This document shows positions 48,442-48,625 of a DNA stretch of 48,625 nt, one piece after another (the first letter of the stretch is position 1; each line of letters begins with the position of its first letter). The notes under the pieces are model-generated. The model did not search any database. It was not told the origin of the DNA and was given only the letters and a program-made list of their open reading frames with translations. The stretch is from Bryobacteraceae bacterium (GTDB lineage: Bacteria; Acidobacteriota; Terriglobia; Bryobacterales; Bryobacteraceae): NCBI GenBank assembly GCA_035650295.1, contig DASRHX010000677.1:1-48625 (forward strand). Direction: 5' to 3'. A program made the translations under genes and the position numbers.

Positions 48442-48625
48442 ATGAGACGTTCAAACACGATGATTTCCGAGAAGTGGCTGGAGAAGGTCACCAAGGCGCG
48501 CGACCCGCAAAGCTGCGGCAAGTGCTACACCGATTCAGAAGTGCGCGGGCTGGTGCTGTGGATCTCGACCGATGGGGTCGTCAGCTTCACCTTTCGTATG
48601 CGTATCGGCGGCAAGAAGGGCAAGC
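48442..48625 (+). CDS. int: N-terminal 61 codons of a P4-type integrase (DUF4102-like arm-binding domain), cut by window edge
   Basis: Hand translation MRRSNTMISEKWLEKVTKARDPQSCGKCYTDSEVRGLVLWISTDGVVSFTFRMRIGGKKGK; GAGGAA SD. Confidence 0.75.
   Translation, partial: MRRSNTMISEKWLEKVTKARDPQSCGKCYTDSEVRGLVLWISTDGVVSFTFRMRIGGKKGK

Larger units (their letters stand above)
1..48625. mobile_element. Temperate podovirus-type phage genome / prophage; true ends not resolvable inside the window
   Basis: Integrase, excisionase, CI/Cro-like switch, recombination genes, a complete terminase-portal-scaffold-capsid-tail module, a tRNA gene and a second integrase start at the right edge. Confidence 0.85.

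Noticed and set aside
48442-48625. Simple circular closure joining nt 48625 directly to nt 1 to restore one integrase gene
   Set aside because: The right fragment leaves 1 nt of a codon while the left fragment is in phase at nt 1, and direct joining runs into a stop. About 15-25 residues expected between the two segments are also missing. A circular or tandem arrangement therefore stays a hypothesis that requires missing sequence.

Overview
The window holds one nearly complete ~48 kb temperate phage genome or prophage, high GC (roughly 60-65 percent by eye).

Left arm (+ strand, 1-9.3 kb):
- A P4-type tyrosine integrase whose 5' end is cut by the window edge, and an AlpA/Xis-like excisionase.
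- A divergent CI-like repressor / Cro-like switch with repeated operators.
- A YqaJ exonuclease plus RecT recombination pair, a VRR-NUC nuclease, a ParB-like protein and small regulators.

Leftward operon (42.2 -> 9.4 kb, - strand, tightly packed with ATGA/GTGA overlaps):
- Small early proteins, a pectate-lyase-fold enzyme and a SLOG/DUF2493 protein.
- A tail fibre with a C-terminal S74 intramolecular-chaperone domain.
- Large terminase, portal, scaffold, major capsid, T7-position tail tubular/adaptor proteins and internal virion proteins.
- A 3201-aa polyvalent protein carrying a C5 DNA methyltransferase domain and an HExxH metallopeptidase motif.
- Together this is a podovirus-type virion module.

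Right arm (+ strand, 42.5-47.3 kb): an early operon with RadC/JAB, a truncated DnaN sliding-clamp homologue and small acidic or basic proteins. Eight of its genes carry an invariant CTGTAGGAG Shine-Dalgarno box preceded by nested stem-loops.

Right end:
- A small secreted-protein moron.
- A two-gene operon directly downstream of a tRNA-Val(GAC) gene (- strand).
- A repeat-rich non-coding stretch.
- The first 61 codons of a second P4-type integrase, which would be the same gene if the element is circular or tandem.

I saw no CRISPR array, rRNA, transposase or reverse transcriptase. Most remaining ORFs in the six-frame track are antisense or out-of-frame shadows typical of high-GC DNA. All family assignments are motif recognition by eye; no searches were run.
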